This document shows, one piece after another, positions 10,662 through 21,875 of a stretch of DNA of 64,000 nt (positions are counted from its first letter, which is position 1; each line of letters opens with the position of its first letter). The notes beneath the pieces were generated by a model. That model was not told the origin of the DNA. It worked only from the letters and a program-made list of their open reading frames with translations, and ran no database searches. The position numbers and the translations under genes are program-made. The DNA comes from Spirochaetota bacterium (GTDB taxonomy: Bacteria > Spirochaetota > UBA4802 > UBA5550): NCBI GenBank assembly GCA_036848375.1, contig DAIUKG010000001.1:128110-192109 (forward strand), in the 5' to 3' direction.

Positions 10662-11204
10662 CTATTCCCGAAACGGCATCTTGAATTCATCCAGAAGAGC
10701 TTTTGCTTCTTCCCTGTTTTGTGCCGAAGTCACAATTGTTATATTCATCCCATGAATTTTCTCTACTTTATCAAAATCAATTTCAGGAAAAATAATCTGC
10801 TCCATGACGGAAAAATTATAATTCCCATAATTATCAAATGACTTGGGAGAAAGCCCTTTAAAGTCACGCACTCGGGGCAGAGCGACATTAATCAGCCTGT
10901 CAAGGAACTCGTACATGTGGTCCCCGCGAAGCGTCACTCTGCATCCCACATCATAGCCTTCCCTGATCTTAAAATTAGCAATCGATTTCTTTGCAACAGT
11001 TTTAACCGCCTTCTGGCCCGAAATCATGGTTAATTCATCAATCGCTGCATTTAAAAGGGTCGGGTTTGAATGCCCCTCGCCAAGGCCAACATTGAGTACA
11101 ATTTTTTCAACCCTGGGGATCTGCATCATTGAACCATATTTAAATTTTTCAAAAAGATGCTTTTTTATATTCTTATTGTATTCTTCTCTCAATCTCGCAG
11201 CCAT
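10662..11204 (-). CDS. rplE: 50S ribosomal protein L5
   Basis: 180 aa; conserved uL5 core; spc-operon order. Confidence 0.96.
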   Translation of the reverse strand: MAARLREEYNKNIKKHLFEKFKYGSMMQIPRVEKIVLNVGLGEGHSNPTLLNAAIDELTMISGQKAVKTVAKKSIANFKIREGYDVGCRVTLRGDHMYEFLDRLINVALPRVRDFKGLSPKSFDNYGNYNFSVMEQIIFPEIDFDKVEKIHGMNITIVTSAQNREEAKALLDEFKMPFRE

Positions 11205-11215
11205 TATTCATATCC

Positions 11216-11551
11216 TCATTTGTCTAAACTCTTGCCACATTTTCTGCAAACTCGGACTTTTATATCGTCCTTGATTTCAATCCCTATTCTTGTGGGCTTT
11301 TTACATTTATCGCAAAAAATCATAATATTCGACAGAGCAATGGGGAATTCAATATTAATCATTCCTCCCTTGGGATTTTCCTGTGAGGCACGGACAAATT
11401 TATTGCGTTTGTTTACGCCTTCAACGATGACCCGGCCCTTTTCTTTATTCACCTTAAGAATCTTCCCTCGTTTTCCACGTTCGGTACCGGAAACAACAAC
11501 AACATTATCATTCACTTTCAGCCTGGTTTTTACTGAATCATTCTTCATCAT
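11216..11551 (-). CDS. rplX: 50S ribosomal protein L24 (with C-terminal Cys4 motif)
   Basis: 111 aa; KOW-domain N-terminus typical of uL24; C-terminus carries CDKC...CRKC. Confidence 0.93.
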   Translation of the reverse strand: MMKNDSVKTRLKVNDNVVVVSGTERGKRGKILKVNKEKGRVIVEGVNKRNKFVRASQENPKGGMINIEFPIALSNIMIFCDKCKKPTRIGIEIKDDIKVRVCRKCGKSLDK

Positions 11552-11559
11552 CTATACCC

Positions 11560-11952
11560 CTACAGTACTTCCGGTGCAAGAGAGACAATTTTCAAAAAAT
11601 TTTTTTCACGCAGTTCACGTGCCACCGGCCCGAAAATCCTGGTTCCTCTTGGCTCACCCTTATTGTCTATAATTGCTACGGCATTATCATCAAATTTGAT
11701 ATATGTTCCATCTTTACGTCTTACCGGTTTCTTTGTTCTTACAACAACAGCCTTGAGGACAGCCTTGCCGTGCACCTTTTTACCTGAAGTATCCTTCAGA
11801 CCGTAAGACGGTTGGGAATCTTTTACTGCTACAACAATTATATCACCAACAGTCGCATATCTTCTTCTTGTTCCACCAAGAACCTTAATGCACTGAACTT
11901 TTTTAACACCGCTGTTATCGGCAACGTCCAGCATTGTTTCTACCTGAATCAT
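11560..11952 (-). CDS. rplN: 50S ribosomal protein L14
   Basis: 130 aa; [16 protein letters not shown]-terminus of uL14; small insertion relative to the E. coli protein. Confidence 0.96.
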   Translation of the reverse strand: MIQVETMLDVADNSGVKKVQCIKVLGGTRRRYATVGDIIVVAVKDSQPSYGLKDTSGKKVHGKAVLKAVVVRTKKPVRRKDGTYIKFDDNAVAIIDNKGEPRGTRIFGPVARELREKNFLKIVSLAPEVL

Positions 11953-11962
11953 TGTTGATCCC

Positions 11963-12214
11963 CTATTTTGCTTTTTCGATAATTTCTACTAATCTATAAC
12001 GCTTTTCTCGTGATAACGGCCTTGTTTCTTCTACGCGGACCAGATCGCCAAGGGAACATTCATTTTTTTCATCATGGCTTTTCACTCTTTTGGTCCATTT
12101 AACTGATTTCTTATATAATGAATGCATTATCAGATCTTCAATTTCAACGACAATCGTTTTATTCATCTTATCGCTAACGACTCTGCCAACCAGTTGTTTT
12201 CTTTTCGATTTCAT
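11963..12214 (-). CDS. rpsQ: 30S ribosomal protein S17
   Basis: 83 aa; [14 protein letters not shown] motif of uS17. Confidence 0.95.
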   Translation of the reverse strand: MKSKRKQLVGRVVSDKMNKTIVVEIEDLIMHSLYKKSVKWTKRVKSHDEKNECSLGDLVRVEETRPLSREKRYRLVEIIEKAK

Positions 12215-12237
12215 AATATATGATCACTCCACTAAAA

Positions 12238-12438
12238 TTACTTCTTTCTGATACCGAGTTCATATTCTCTGGTGAGTGTTAATATTCGCGCGATGTTCTT
12301 CTTCAGCTCTTTAATCTTCTTGGGATTATCAACTTTACTGGTAACAGCTTTAAATCGCTCCTTTCTCAAATCTTCCTTCGACTCGCGAAGACTTCTATTG
12401 AGATCATCCAATGTTAATTCGTCTAATTTACCTTTCAT
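12238..12438 (-). CDS. rpmC: 50S ribosomal protein L29
   Basis: 66 aa helical protein between rplP and rpsQ. Confidence 0.93.
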   Translation of the reverse strand: MKGKLDELTLDDLNRSLRESKEDLRKERFKAVTSKVDNPKKIKELKKNIARILTLTREYELGIRKK

Positions 12439-12455
12439 CTCAGAGATCCTCTATT

Positions 12456-12866
12456 CTAACCATTTATATCCACAATTTTAGTTTTGACCGGCAGCTTGAA
12501 TGACGCATTTGTCAGGGCCTGGCGCGCAAGTTCTTCATCAACACCTGAAATCTCAAATAAAATTCTTCCGGGTTTAACGCGGGCCAGAAAACCTTCAGGA
12601 TTGCCCTTGCCTTTTCCCATCCTTGTCTCAGCAGGTTTTTTCGTGTAAGGATAATCCGGGAAAATACGGATCCAGAGCTTTCCGCCCCTCTTGACTTTTC
12701 GGTTTATAGCGACCCTGGCTGCCTCAATCTGCCTGCTGGTGATTTTTCCCGCTTCCACGGTTTTTAAACCATATTCACCGAATACTATCGTAGCGCCCCT
12801 TTTGGCTGTACCGCTCATTCTGCCGCGCTGCACTTTTCTGTATTTCTGTCTTTTTGGCATTAACAT
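12456..12866 (-). CDS. rplP: 50S ribosomal protein L16
   Basis: 136 aa; [12 protein letters not shown]-terminus of uL16. Confidence 0.96.
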   Translation of the reverse strand: MLMPKRQKYRKVQRGRMSGTAKRGATIVFGEYGLKTVEAGKITSRQIEAARVAINRKVKRGGKLWIRIFPDYPYTKKPAETRMGKGKGNPEGFLARVKPGRILFEISGVDEELARQALTNASFKLPVKTKIVDING

Positions 12867-12884
12867 GGTATATTACCCCTGAAC

Positions 12885-13565
12885 TTACTTCGTCTTTCTC
12901 TTCACGGTATATTTGTCTTCTTCGCTTTCAATGCTTTTTGAAAGTACATCGCCGTTATAAATCCACACCTTAATACCGATTAAACCAAATGTCGTTAAAG
13001 CTTCAGCGCAACCATAGTCTATATCGGCTCGCAACGTATGAAGAGGGATCCTTCCTTCTTTATAAGATTCCTCGCGCGCCATTTCTGCGCCATTCAATCT
13101 TCCGGATATTGATATCTTGATTCCAAGAGCCCCTGTTCTCAGGGCATTCGTCATGGCCTGTTTTATTGCTCTTCTGTACGGGAACCTTGACTCAAGCTGG
13201 GAAGCAATCTGTTCAGCAATTAACTTTGAATTCTTTTCAGGTTTCTTAACTTCAATGATATTGATATATACATTTTTTGTGGCGATCTTCTGAAGCTGTT
13301 TTTTCAGATCTTCGATATCTGCCCCTTTTTTCCCTATAAGTACGCCAGGACGCGCAGCATGGATGTTAACATTGACCCTGTCAGGAAATCGTTCGATAGC
13401 AACTTTTGCAATTCCGGCATTTTTTTTGTTCGATTCAATAAATTTCTGAATCTTCAGATCTTCATGAAGAAACTCAACATAACTCTTCTTTTCTTCATAC
13501 CAGACCGAATCCCATGTTCTGATAATTCCTACTCTTAAGCCTGTTGGATTAACTTTTTGCCCCAT
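12885..13565 (-). CDS. rpsC: 30S ribosomal protein S3
   Basis: 226 aa; [15 protein letters not shown]-terminus and KH domain of uS3. Confidence 0.96.
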   Translation of the reverse strand: MGQKVNPTGLRVGIIRTWDSVWYEEKKSYVEFLHEDLKIQKFIESNKKNAGIAKVAIERFPDRVNVNIHAARPGVLIGKKGADIEDLKKQLQKIATKNVYINIIEVKKPEKNSKLIAEQIASQLESRFPYRRAIKQAMTNALRTGALGIKISISGRLNGAEMAREESYKEGRIPLHTLRADIDYGCAEALTTFGLIGIKVWIYNGDVLSKSIESEEDKYTVKRKTK

Positions 13566-13584
13566 ACTTGGAATCCTTTACCTA

Positions 13585-13923
13585 CTAATTTTCATCTGAT
13601 AAAACAATCATAACGCTGCTTGTGCGCTTTCTTATCCGGGAACCTCTTCCGCGAGCACGTGCTCGATATCGTTTTAAGGTCGGACCTTCGTCAACTACAA
13701 TTTTTTTTATATAAAGATCATTTTCAAGTATATCCGGATTGATATACTTGGCATTTGCACCCGCAGAAAAAAGGGTCTTTAAAATAATTTTTGCGGCTTT
13801 TTGAGGCATGGCTTTTAAAACATCAATGGCATCGGGCAATTCATATCCTCTGATTTCATTGGCAACGAGCCTGGCCTTCTGAGCCGATATACGATTATAT
13901 CGCGATTGAGCAACAGTTTCCAT
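13585..13923 (-). CDS. rplV: 50S ribosomal protein L22
   Basis: 112 aa; S10-operon order. Confidence 0.95.
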   Translation of the reverse strand: METVAQSRYNRISAQKARLVANEIRGYELPDAIDVLKAMPQKAAKIILKTLFSAGANAKYINPDILENDLYIKKIVVDEGPTLKRYRARARGRGSRIRKRTSSVMIVLSDEN

Positions 13924-14210
13924 TATTTCTTCCTCTTGGCGATTTTATCATCTTTACTTTTATGGCCACGGTAAGTTCTTGTCGGGGAAAATTCACCCAG
14001 TTTGTGTCCAACCATATTCTCAGTCACATAAACAGGTATAAAATTTTTCCCGTTATGCACCATGAGTGTATGACCGATCATTTCAGGAAAAATGGTTGAT
14101 CTGCGTGACCATGTCTTAATCGCTTTCCTGGAATTGGTCGAATTCATCTCTTCGATTTTTTTAAAGAGCTTGATATCAACATAAGGACCTTTCTTTATCG
14201 ATCTGGCCAT
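13923..14210 (-). CDS. rpsS: 30S ribosomal protein S19
   Basis: 95 aa; [12 protein letters not shown] and GHKLGEF motifs of uS19. Confidence 0.96.
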   Translation of the reverse strand: MARSIKKGPYVDIKLFKKIEEMNSTNSRKAIKTWSRRSTIFPEMIGHTLMVHNGKNFIPVYVTENMVGHKLGEFSPTRTYRGHKSKDDKIAKRKK

Positions 14211-14212
14211 GA

Positions 14213-15040
14213 TTACTTCTTCCTTCTATTGATAATGTATTTGTCGCTATATTTATGTTTCTTTCTCGTTTTATATCCTTTGGTCGGCTTTCCGGTTGGA
14301 GATACGGGATGACGACCGCCGGATGATTTCCCTTCACCGCCACCAAGGGGGTGATCAACCGGGTTCATTGCGACGCCACGCACTTTGGGACGTTTATTAA
14401 GCCATCGGGACCTTCCCGCCTTTCCTATGGTAATATTTGAGTGATCCTTATTCCCGACTTCACCGATAGTGGCATAACATTCTTTATGAATTTTCCTGAT
14501 CTCACCGGACGGCAGGCGGATGAGGCAATACGCGCCTTCTTTCGCAGTGATCGTAGCCGAAACTCCAGCAGACCTGACCAGCTGCCCTCCTTTTCCACGG
14601 TTCATTTCAATGTTATATATACTTGTTCCCAGGGGGATGTTTTTCAACGGAATCGAATTACCAATTCTGATCTCAACATTTTCACCGGATATTATTGTAT
14701 CACCGACCTGTAAACTCGCCGGAGATATAATATATCTCTTTTCTCCATCAACATAGGTAACAAGGGCGATGTTTGCAGATCGGTTGGGATCATACTCAAT
14801 GCTGACAATTTTTCCGGGAATACCATATTTATTCCTTTTAAAATCAATTATACGATACTTTTTTTTATGCCCGCCGCCCTTCCTTCTGACTGAAACATGA
14901 CCTTTCGCGCCCCTGCCAGCCTGCTCTTTTTTACCTTTGGTCAGCGGTTTATGCGGCTTATCACTGGTCAGTTCACTGAAATCCAGGACCGTTTTATATC
15001 TGGTAGTTGAAGTATATGGTCTAAACTTCTTGATAGCCAT
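14213..15040 (-). CDS. rplB: 50S ribosomal protein L2
   Basis: 275 aa; conserved uL2 C-terminal domain. Confidence 0.96.
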   Translation of the reverse strand: MAIKKFRPYTSTTRYKTVLDFSELTSDKPHKPLTKGKKEQAGRGAKGHVSVRRKGGGHKKKYRIIDFKRNKYGIPGKIVSIEYDPNRSANIALVTYVDGEKRYIISPASLQVGDTIISGENVEIRIGNSIPLKNIPLGTSIYNIEMNRGKGGQLVRSAGVSATITAKEGAYCLIRLPSGEIRKIHKECYATIGEVGNKDHSNITIGKAGRSRWLNKRPKVRGVAMNPVDHPLGGGEGKSSGGRHPVSPTGKPTKGYKTRKKHKYSDKYIINRRKK

Positions 15041-15063
15041 CGCCTAAATCCTCATCATTGATA

Positions 15064-15354
15064 TTACTGAACATCAAATACTTCGATCTTTTCGCCGGGT
15101 TTTAACGTAATAATGGCTTTCTTCCATGCTGATGTTCTTCCTATACGGAAACGCAGCCTTTTATTTTTACCCCTGACGATCATGACATTCACTTTTTTTG
15201 GTTTTACACCATATATATCTTTAATTGCCTGGTTGATTTGCAGCTTGTTCGCATTCATTGCAACCTGGAAAACATATTTATTATGTTCCATCATTTCGGT
15301 TGTTTTTTCCGAAATAACAGGCTTAACGATTATATCATTGGCATTCATTATCAT
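15064..15354 (-). CDS. rplW: 50S ribosomal protein L23
   Basis: 96 aa; S10-operon order. Confidence 0.95.
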   Translation of the reverse strand: MIMNANDIIVKPVISEKTTEMMEHNKYVFQVAMNANKLQINQAIKDIYGVKPKKVNVMIVRGKNKRLRFRIGRTSAWKKAIITLKPGEKIEVFDVQ

Positions 15355-15974
15355 TCACCCTTAGCATATTTAGCATTCAACCGTTTTACCGCTGATTCAG
15401 TGATAACCACCTGTTTTGAATAAAAAATATCTCTGCTTGATAACCTTTCTACATTATTATAAGCGAACCAGCAGATATTATTGAATGCACGTTTGATCAG
15501 AGTATCATCGGAATCACTTACCAGTACCCCTTTTGAAACATTGAGTGCTTTTCCCAGCTGAGCTATTTCCTTTGTTTTTCCCCCAGCAGTAAAATCCTCA
15601 ACAACCTTAACCTCTCCGTTCTTTACTTTTAAAGACAACAATGATCGGTATGCTGCCTGTTTCATTTTTTTCGGAAGTTCAATTCTGTAATCTCTTGGCA
15701 GCGGGCCAAAAACAGTCCCACCACCACGCCATATAGGCGATCTTGTTGTGCCCTGACGCGCGCGGCCGGTTCCTTTCTGTCTCCAGGGTTTCGCACCTCC
15801 GCCGCTGATCTCGGAACGTCCTTTGGTCTTATGCGTTCCCTGTCTGAGATTCGCATTCGCCGATTTAATCAGTTCATATATCAAGGTGTCATTTATTTCA
15901 ACGCTGAAAACAGCATCCGACAATTCCACTTCACCGATTACCTTGCCATCCTTTGAATACTTATCAACCTTCAT
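15351..15974 (-). CDS. rplD: 50S ribosomal protein L4
   Basis: 207 aa; 4-nt overlap with rplW. Confidence 0.95.
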   Translation of the reverse strand: MKVDKYSKDGKVIGEVELSDAVFSVEINDTLIYELIKSANANLRQGTHKTKGRSEISGGGAKPWRQKGTGRARQGTTRSPIWRGGGTVFGPLPRDYRIELPKKMKQAAYRSLLSLKVKNGEVKVVEDFTAGGKTKEIAQLGKALNVSKGVLVSDSDDTLIKRAFNNICWFAYNNVERLSSRDIFYSKQVVITESAVKRLNAKYAKGE

Positions 15975-15985
15975 GGCCTACCTAC

Positions 15986-16606
15986 CTATTTCTCCCTGAT
16001 AGATATGATCGTATTTTTTCTACCAGGAATCGCACCGGATATTAGTGCGATGTTCTTGTCCTGTAATATTTTTACGATTCTTAGATTCTTTACCGTAACG
16101 GTATCACCGCCTTTTCTTCCGGGCATCTTCTGGCCACGCCAGACTTCAGCCGGATAGGTGTGAGCACCGATTGAACCCGGTGCACGGTGAAAATGTGAAC
16201 CGTGTGTTATTCGGCCACCGCCAAATCCATGTCTTTTAATAACGCCGGCAAAACCTTTACCTTTGGATATTCCGGTAACTGAAACCTTATCGTTTTCAGA
16301 AAAAATGGAGCAGTTTATTACGCTGCCCACTTCCAGTGATTCATCAAAGACATCGACCTCCCTGAAAATTTTCATGGGAGTCAGATTTTTCTTCTTTAAA
16401 TCGTCACGAATAGGCTTGGTTATTCTGGTTTCCTTGACTTCCAGGTATCCAAGCTTCAACGCGTTATATCCATCTTTTTCTTTGGTCTTTTTTTGCACTA
16501 CAACACAGGGACCGAGTTCACAAACGGTCACCGGAACAACAGTCCCATCTTCCTGAATGTACTGCGTCATGCCAATTTTTCTTCCAATAAGTGCCTTTTT
16601 CATCAC
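15986..16606 (-). CDS. rplC: 50S ribosomal protein L3
   Basis: 206 aa; conserved uL3 core. Confidence 0.96.
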   Translation of the reverse strand: MMKKALIGRKIGMTQYIQEDGTVVPVTVCELGPCVVVQKKTKEKDGYNALKLGYLEVKETRITKPIRDDLKKKNLTPMKIFREVDVFDESLEVGSVINCSIFSENDKVSVTGISKGKGFAGVIKRHGFGGGRITHGSHFHRAPGSIGAHTYPAEVWRGQKMPGRKGGDTVTVKNLRIVKILQDKNIALISGAIPGRKNTIISIREK

Positions 16607-16687
16607 ACTAACCCATTACACAACAATAATTGCATTTCATACTATTAATATGAAGTTAAATATAGCTGTCAGATAGCGGCAGAAAGC

Positions 16688-17005
16688 CTAGGATTTGATG
16701 TCTACCGAAACACCAGCGGGAAGTTCTAGTTTCATAAGGGCTTCCACAGTGTCAGAATTAGGATCAATAATATCAATAAGCCTTTTATGTGTCCTAATTT
16801 CAAACTGCTCCCGCGATTTTTTATTAACGTGGGGCGACCTGAGTACACAAAACTTTTCAATTTTTGTCGGCAGGGGTATAGGTCCTGCAACTTTTGCCCC
16901 ACTTCTGTTCGTTGTAGCAACAATCTTTTCTGCAGACTGATCCAACAACTTGGCGTCAAAAGATCTTAATTTTACTCTAAACCGTTGTCCCGTTAATTTT
17001 GCCAC
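16688..17005 (-). CDS. rpsJ: 30S ribosomal protein S10 (likely GTG start at 17005; track ORF extends to a TTG at 17041)
   Basis: conserved core [18 protein letters not shown]...; a GTG start with AGGA upstream gives 105 aa, the usual S10 length; the longer N-terminus overlaps a hairpin. Confidence 0.9.
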   Translation of the reverse strand: MAKLTGQRFRVKLRSFDAKLLDQSAEKIVATTNRSGAKVAGPIPLPTKIEKFCVLRSPHVNKKSREQFEIRTHKRLIDIIDPNSDTVEALMKLELPAGVSVDIKS

Positions 17006-17041
17006 GTATCTAATCCTGTAAACTATAATTCTCTTATTCAA

Positions 17042-17074
17042 AATGTCAGACCATCGTTATGATGGTCTGACATT
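17042..17074 (-). terminator. 14-bp perfect hairpin between tuf and rpsJ (partial terminator/attenuator)
   Basis: AATGTCAGACCATC-GTTAT-GATGGTCTGACATT, ~30 nt after the tuf stop, followed on the minus strand by AUUUUGAAUAAG. Confidence 0.5.
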
Positions 17075-17105
17075 ATTAATCATATCTTAAAAATTCAGCC
17101 GGCGA

Positions 17106-18320
17106 TTATTCAAAAATCTTGGTGACAACACCGGCGCCCACAGTCCTTCCGCCTTCTCGGATAGCGAACCTGAGCTCCTCTTCCATTGCGATCGGTGTAA
17201 TCAACTCGACGACCATGTCAATATCATCACCGGGCATAACCATTTCCACTCCCTCGGGAAGCTGAATGATTCCGGTTACGTCAGTCGTTCTAAAATAGAA
17301 CTGAGGCCTGTAATTTCCGAAGAAAGGAGTATGTCGTCCGCCCTCTTCTTTTTTAAGAACGTAAACTTTTCCATTAAACTTTTTATGAGGGGTAATTGAA
17401 CCGGGTTTTGCGAGAACCTGTCCCCGCTGAACCTCATCCTTGCCGATACCTCGGAGAAGACATCCTACGTTATCTCCTGCAACACCTTCATCAAGGATCT
17501 TTCGGAACATCTCAACACCGGTACATACCGTTTTTCTTGTGTCAGCGAAACCGATGATTTCAACTTCCTCACCTGTTTTAACAACACCGCGCTCAATTCT
17601 TCCGGTTACAACAGTTCCCCTGCCGGTAATTGAAAAAACGTCTTCTATCGGCATAAGGAAAGGTTTGTCAACATCCCTCTGTGGATTAGGAACATATTCA
17701 TCAAGCGCTTCAGTCAATTTAATAACACCGCCAAACCATTCACCATCAACATTGCCGGCATCCGCTTCTTCCATGGCTTTCAATGCAGAACCGGGAATAA
17801 TGGGGACATCGTCTCCGGGGAAATCATACTTGCTGAGAAGCTCTCTGATTTCCATTTCGACCAGTTCAACCATTTCATCCCTGTCAGAAGGATCAAGCAT
17901 GTCAACCTTATTAAGGAAAACAAGCATATAAGGAACGTTTACCTGGTGAGCAAGGAGAACGTGTTCTTTGGTCTGCGGCATCGCACCGTCTGATGCGGCA
18001 ACAACAAGAATGGCAGCGTCCATCTGCGCAGCACCGGTGATCATGTTCTTTATGTAGTCAGCGTGACCAGGACAGTCAACATGCGCGTAGTGCCTGTTGA
18101 GTGTTTCATATTCCTGGTGAGAAGTAGCGATCGTTATCCCCCGTGCTTTTTCTTCGGGAGCATTATCTATTTGATCAAATTCAATAGCTTTTCCCGTACC
18201 ATATTTAAGATGCAAACATTTCGTAATTGCAGAGGTCAGTGTTGTTTTACCATGGTCAATATGCCCGATGGTACCGACATTAACGTGTGGTTTCGTTCGT
18301 GCAAATTTTTCTTTTGCCAT
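17106..18320 (-). CDS. tuf: elongation factor Tu
   Basis: 404 aa; [10 protein letters not shown]-loop, [12 protein letters not shown] motifs; AAGGAG SD upstream. Confidence 0.97.
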   Translation of the reverse strand: MAKEKFARTKPHVNVGTIGHIDHGKTTLTSAITKCLHLKYGTGKAIEFDQIDNAPEEKARGITIATSHQEYETLNRHYAHVDCPGHADYIKNMITGAAQMDAAILVVAASDGAMPQTKEHVLLAHQVNVPYMLVFLNKVDMLDPSDRDEMVELVEMEIRELLSKYDFPGDDVPIIPGSALKAMEEADAGNVDGEWFGGVIKLTEALDEYVPNPQRDVDKPFLMPIEDVFSITGRGTVVTGRIERGVVKTGEEVEIIGFADTRKTVCTGVEMFRKILDEGVAGDNVGCLLRGIGKDEVQRGQVLAKPGSITPHKKFNGKVYVLKKEEGGRHTPFFGNYRPQFYFRTTDVTGIIQLPEGVEMVMPGDDIDMVVELITPIAMEEELRFAIREGGRTVGAGVVTKIFE

Positions 18321-18401
18321 TGATCTACTCCTTAATTGTTTTCAGTGATAACAGGTTTAAACATCCTGGCCAATTATCAATAATAGCTAATATATAGAAA
18401 A

Positions 18402-18422
18402 GGATACCCACTTTTTGTATCC
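18402..18422 (-). terminator. small hairpin (GGATAC-N9-GTATCC) followed by U-rich tract in the fusA-tuf spacer
   Basis: 6-bp stem; minus-strand tail UUUUCUAUAUAUU; lies ~80 nt upstream of the tuf start. Confidence 0.3.
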
Positions 18423-18442
18423 AATGCAATGCGAGTTTATGA

Positions 18443-18471
18443 ATAAAAAAAAAATTAGCCTATTCTGTCAA
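18443..18471 (-). promoter_or_regulatory. candidate sigma70-like promoter for tuf (TTGACA-17-TTTTAT)
   Basis: perfect -35 TTGACA on the minus strand in the 357-nt fusA-tuf spacer; weak AT-rich -10. Confidence 0.3.
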
Positions 18472-18523
18472 GTAATTAATAAAAAAAATAACTTTTCGGC
18501 CTTTTTTTTACAGAAAAATGTTT

Positions 18524-18544
18524 TTTCGGGTATCAGCCCCGAAA
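18524..18544 (-). terminator. weak terminator-like hairpin downstream of fusA
   Basis: TTTCGGG-N7-CCCGAAA; minus-strand tail AAAACAUUUUUCUG. Confidence 0.3.
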
Positions 18545-18677
18545 TTCTTTCCATCTGAACCTGAATCAATCGAAATTATGGGGTCATTATTATAATAAAC
18601 CCTTTACCCAATCCTTTCAAGACATGTTTTTAAATAACGCCACCCTATACAGAACCGTTTTCTACTATATATAACTC

Positions 18678-20765
18678 TCAATAATACAAACCTGATATTT
18701 TGCCGAGAATTCTATCCATTACTTCCCGGGAAACCGCTTCAAAATGTGAAAACTGCAGGGTATGAGAAGCCCGTCCCTGAGTTAACGACCTGAGACTGGT
18801 GGCATAACCAAACATCTCTGAAAGAGAAACCTTTGACTTGATCACTTTCAGCTCTCCCCTCATATCGATACTCTCTATTCTGCCCCTTCTGGAATTGATA
18901 TCATTGATGACATCCCCGGTATATTCATCCGGACAGACCACTTCAAGCATCATAATCGGTTCCATGAGAGTGGGAGAGGCCTGACGTGCGGCCTCTTTGA
19001 ACGCTATATTCGCTGCTATCCTGTAAGCGGTATCGGTGGAGCTGTTTTCGTTAAATGAGCCTCCTTCAAGCCTGACCTTAACATCATCCATTTTATAACC
19101 CGCGATCACGCCACCCTGCATTGAGTCATTTATTCCCGCCTGAATGTCCTTGATGAATTCAGCGGGGATGATATCATCAGTGACCATATTCGTAAAAGAA
19201 AAACCTGATCCGGGGGCGCCCGGTTCAACCAGCAGTTTCACATGCCCGTACTGTTCTTTACCCGCAATGACCTTTTCATATACATGATCAGCTCTCGATG
19301 AAGCCATGATGGTTTCCTTATAGGTTACCTGCGGCTTGCCGACATTTGCCTGGACGTTAAATTCACTCATCAAACGATCAACAATTATCTCGAGATGCAG
19401 CTCGCCCATGCCCGAAATTATCATCTGGCCCGTTTCTTCGTCACTGAAAACCTTAAAGGTGGGGTCTTCGTCTTCAAGGCGGGCAAGCGCCGTATTGAGC
19501 TTTTCCTGGTCGGCTTTTGTCTTGGGCTCAATGGCGACCGATATTACCGGCTCCGGAAATTCCATCTTTTCCAGTATTATCTGATGCGCGTCATCACACA
19601 GGGTGTCCCCGGTATGGGCATTCTTGAGGCCCACGATCGCAACAATGTCTCCGGTATAAAGCTCCTTGAGCTCTTCACGGTCATTGGCATGCATGCGCAA
19701 AAGCCTGCTCAGCCGCTCCTTTTTGCCGGTGGTCATGTTATGAATCATGTCCCCGGCCTTGACATGCCCTGAATAAACCCTCAGGTATGAAAGCTTGCCG
19801 ACATAGGGATCTGACATGATTTTAAAAACAAGGCCGCAGAAAGGCTCCTTGTCGTCAGCCTGCCTGCTGAGCATGATCTCATTGTCTTTAGGATCATGGC
19901 CCTGCATTGGAGGAACGTCCTTCGGGGAAGGAAGAAAATCAACAATAGCGTCAAGCACCGGCTGCACACCCTTGTTCTTCAGGGCAGAGCCGCACATCAC
20001 CGGAAAATATTTAGCGGTGAGTGTTGCTTTCCTGATTCCCTTTTTTATCTCTTCTTTCTCAGGGACCTCGCCCTCAAGATATTTTGCCATCAATTCGTCA
20101 TCGTTCTCTGAAATAAGTTCCAGCAGAATTTCACGGTAGCGTGCCACGGCCCCCTGCAGGTCATCAGGGACAGGCCCCTCTTCAATGTCCATGCCCTTTT
20201 CATCACGCCAGTACAGTGCCTTCATCTCAACCAGGTCGACCACGCCTGCGAAGGAATCCTCTGCGCCAATGGGTATCTGCAGAGGAAGGGGAACGGCAAA
20301 AAGTTTGCTCTTTATCATTTCAAGGCAGCGGTTAAAATCAGCTCCGATGCGGTCCATTTTATTTATAAAACAGATGCGGGGGATGTGGTAATGGTCAGCC
20401 TGGTGCCAGACGGTTTCTGACTGCGGCTCAACGCCTGCCACGCCGTCGAACACGGCTATGGCGGAGTCGAGGACCCTGAGGCTCCTTTCGACTTCAATGG
20501 TAAAATCAACATGGCCCGGAGTATCGATAATATTGATCCGTGAATGTTTCCATGAGCAGGTCGTCGCTGCTGCGGTGATGGTTATGCCCCGCTCCTTTTC
20601 CTGCTGCATCCAGTCCATTTCAGCAGTGCCTTCATGGACTTCACCGATCTTGTGTGTTTTTCCGGTATAGTAAAGTATTCTTTCGGTGAGCGTGGTTTTC
20701 CCCGCATCGATATGCGCCATAATACCGATGTTTCGTGTCCTGGTAATGGGCAACTCTCGGGGCAT
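18678..20765 (-). CDS. fusA: elongation factor G
   Basis: 695 aa; [10 protein letters not shown]-loop, DTPGHVDF, five-domain EF-G architecture. Confidence 0.97.
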   Translation of the reverse strand: MPRELPITRTRNIGIMAHIDAGKTTLTERILYYTGKTHKIGEVHEGTAEMDWMQQEKERGITITAAATTCSWKHSRINIIDTPGHVDFTIEVERSLRVLDSAIAVFDGVAGVEPQSETVWHQADHYHIPRICFINKMDRIGADFNRCLEMIKSKLFAVPLPLQIPIGAEDSFAGVVDLVEMKALYWRDEKGMDIEEGPVPDDLQGAVARYREILLELISENDDELMAKYLEGEVPEKEEIKKGIRKATLTAKYFPVMCGSALKNKGVQPVLDAIVDFLPSPKDVPPMQGHDPKDNEIMLSRQADDKEPFCGLVFKIMSDPYVGKLSYLRVYSGHVKAGDMIHNMTTGKKERLSRLLRMHANDREELKELYTGDIVAIVGLKNAHTGDTLCDDAHQIILEKMEFPEPVISVAIEPKTKADQEKLNTALARLEDEDPTFKVFSDEETGQMIISGMGELHLEIIVDRLMSEFNVQANVGKPQVTYKETIMASSRADHVYEKVIAGKEQYGHVKLLVEPGAPGSGFSFTNMVTDDIIPAEFIKDIQAGINDSMQGGVIAGYKMDDVKVRLEGGSFNENSSTDTAYRIAANIAFKEAARQASPTLMEPIMMLEVVCPDEYTGDVINDINSRRGRIESIDMRGELKVIKSKVSLSEMFGYATSLRSLTQGRASHTLQFSHFEAVSREVMDRILGKISGLYY

Positions 20766-20811
20766 AGAATCCTACTCCAGTATTAAAGAAAAAACAGTTC
20801 TTGTAAAAACC

Positions 20812-20838
20812 GAATACCAGGCTCATTACCTGGTATTC
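20812..20838 (-). terminator. 10-bp perfect hairpin between rpsG and fusA (attenuator/terminator-like)
   Basis: GAATACCAGG-CTCATTA-CCTGGTATTC; minus-strand tail GGUUUUUACA; sits ~45 nt upstream of the fusA start. Confidence 0.45.
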
Positions 20839-20864
20839 AATTCACTATAGGGATATGTTTTGTT

Positions 20865-21347
<483 letters not shown>

Positions 21348-21361
21348 CTATCATCCTTTAA

Positions 21362-21736
21362 TTATGCTTTTGGCCTTTTAGTTCCGTATTTTGATCTTCC
21401 CTTTCGTCTGTCATCAACACCGAAAGTATCAAGAGCTCCCCTTATAATATGGTATCTCACTCCGGGAAGGTCTTTGACCCTTCCGCCACGGATTAAAACA
21501 GCTGAGTGTTCCTGCAGGTTATGGCCGATTCCGGGAATGTACGCGGTCACTTCATATCCATTGGTCAGACGGACCCTGGCTACTTTTCTCAGGGCGGAAT
21601 TCGGTTTTTTCGGTGTAAACGTCATTACCCTGGTACAAACGCCTCTTCTCTGGGGGCACTGGGTCAACGCGGGAGATTTAGATTTCTTCTTCTTCTGTTC
21701 TCTTCCTTTTCGAATCAACTGATTAATCGTTGGCAT
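21362..21736 (-). CDS. rpsL: 30S ribosomal protein S12
   Basis: 124 aa; [13 protein letters not shown]-terminus, [11 protein letters not shown] motif. Confidence 0.97.
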   Translation of the reverse strand: MPTINQLIRKGREQKKKKSKSPALTQCPQRRGVCTRVMTFTPKKPNSALRKVARVRLTNGYEVTAYIPGIGHNLQEHSAVLIRGGRVKDLPGVRYHIIRGALDTFGVDDRRKGRSKYGTKRPKA

Positions 21737-21875
21737 TGTAACTCCTATATTATTCCTTAAATATTCATTTCATATAGTTAGAAAGATATCTGTGGTATTT
21801 GTCGATAATACCGTTTTTTGTCAAGAAATTTTATCACTAAACCGGTATTAATACCAACAGAAAATCCTTTCCGGC

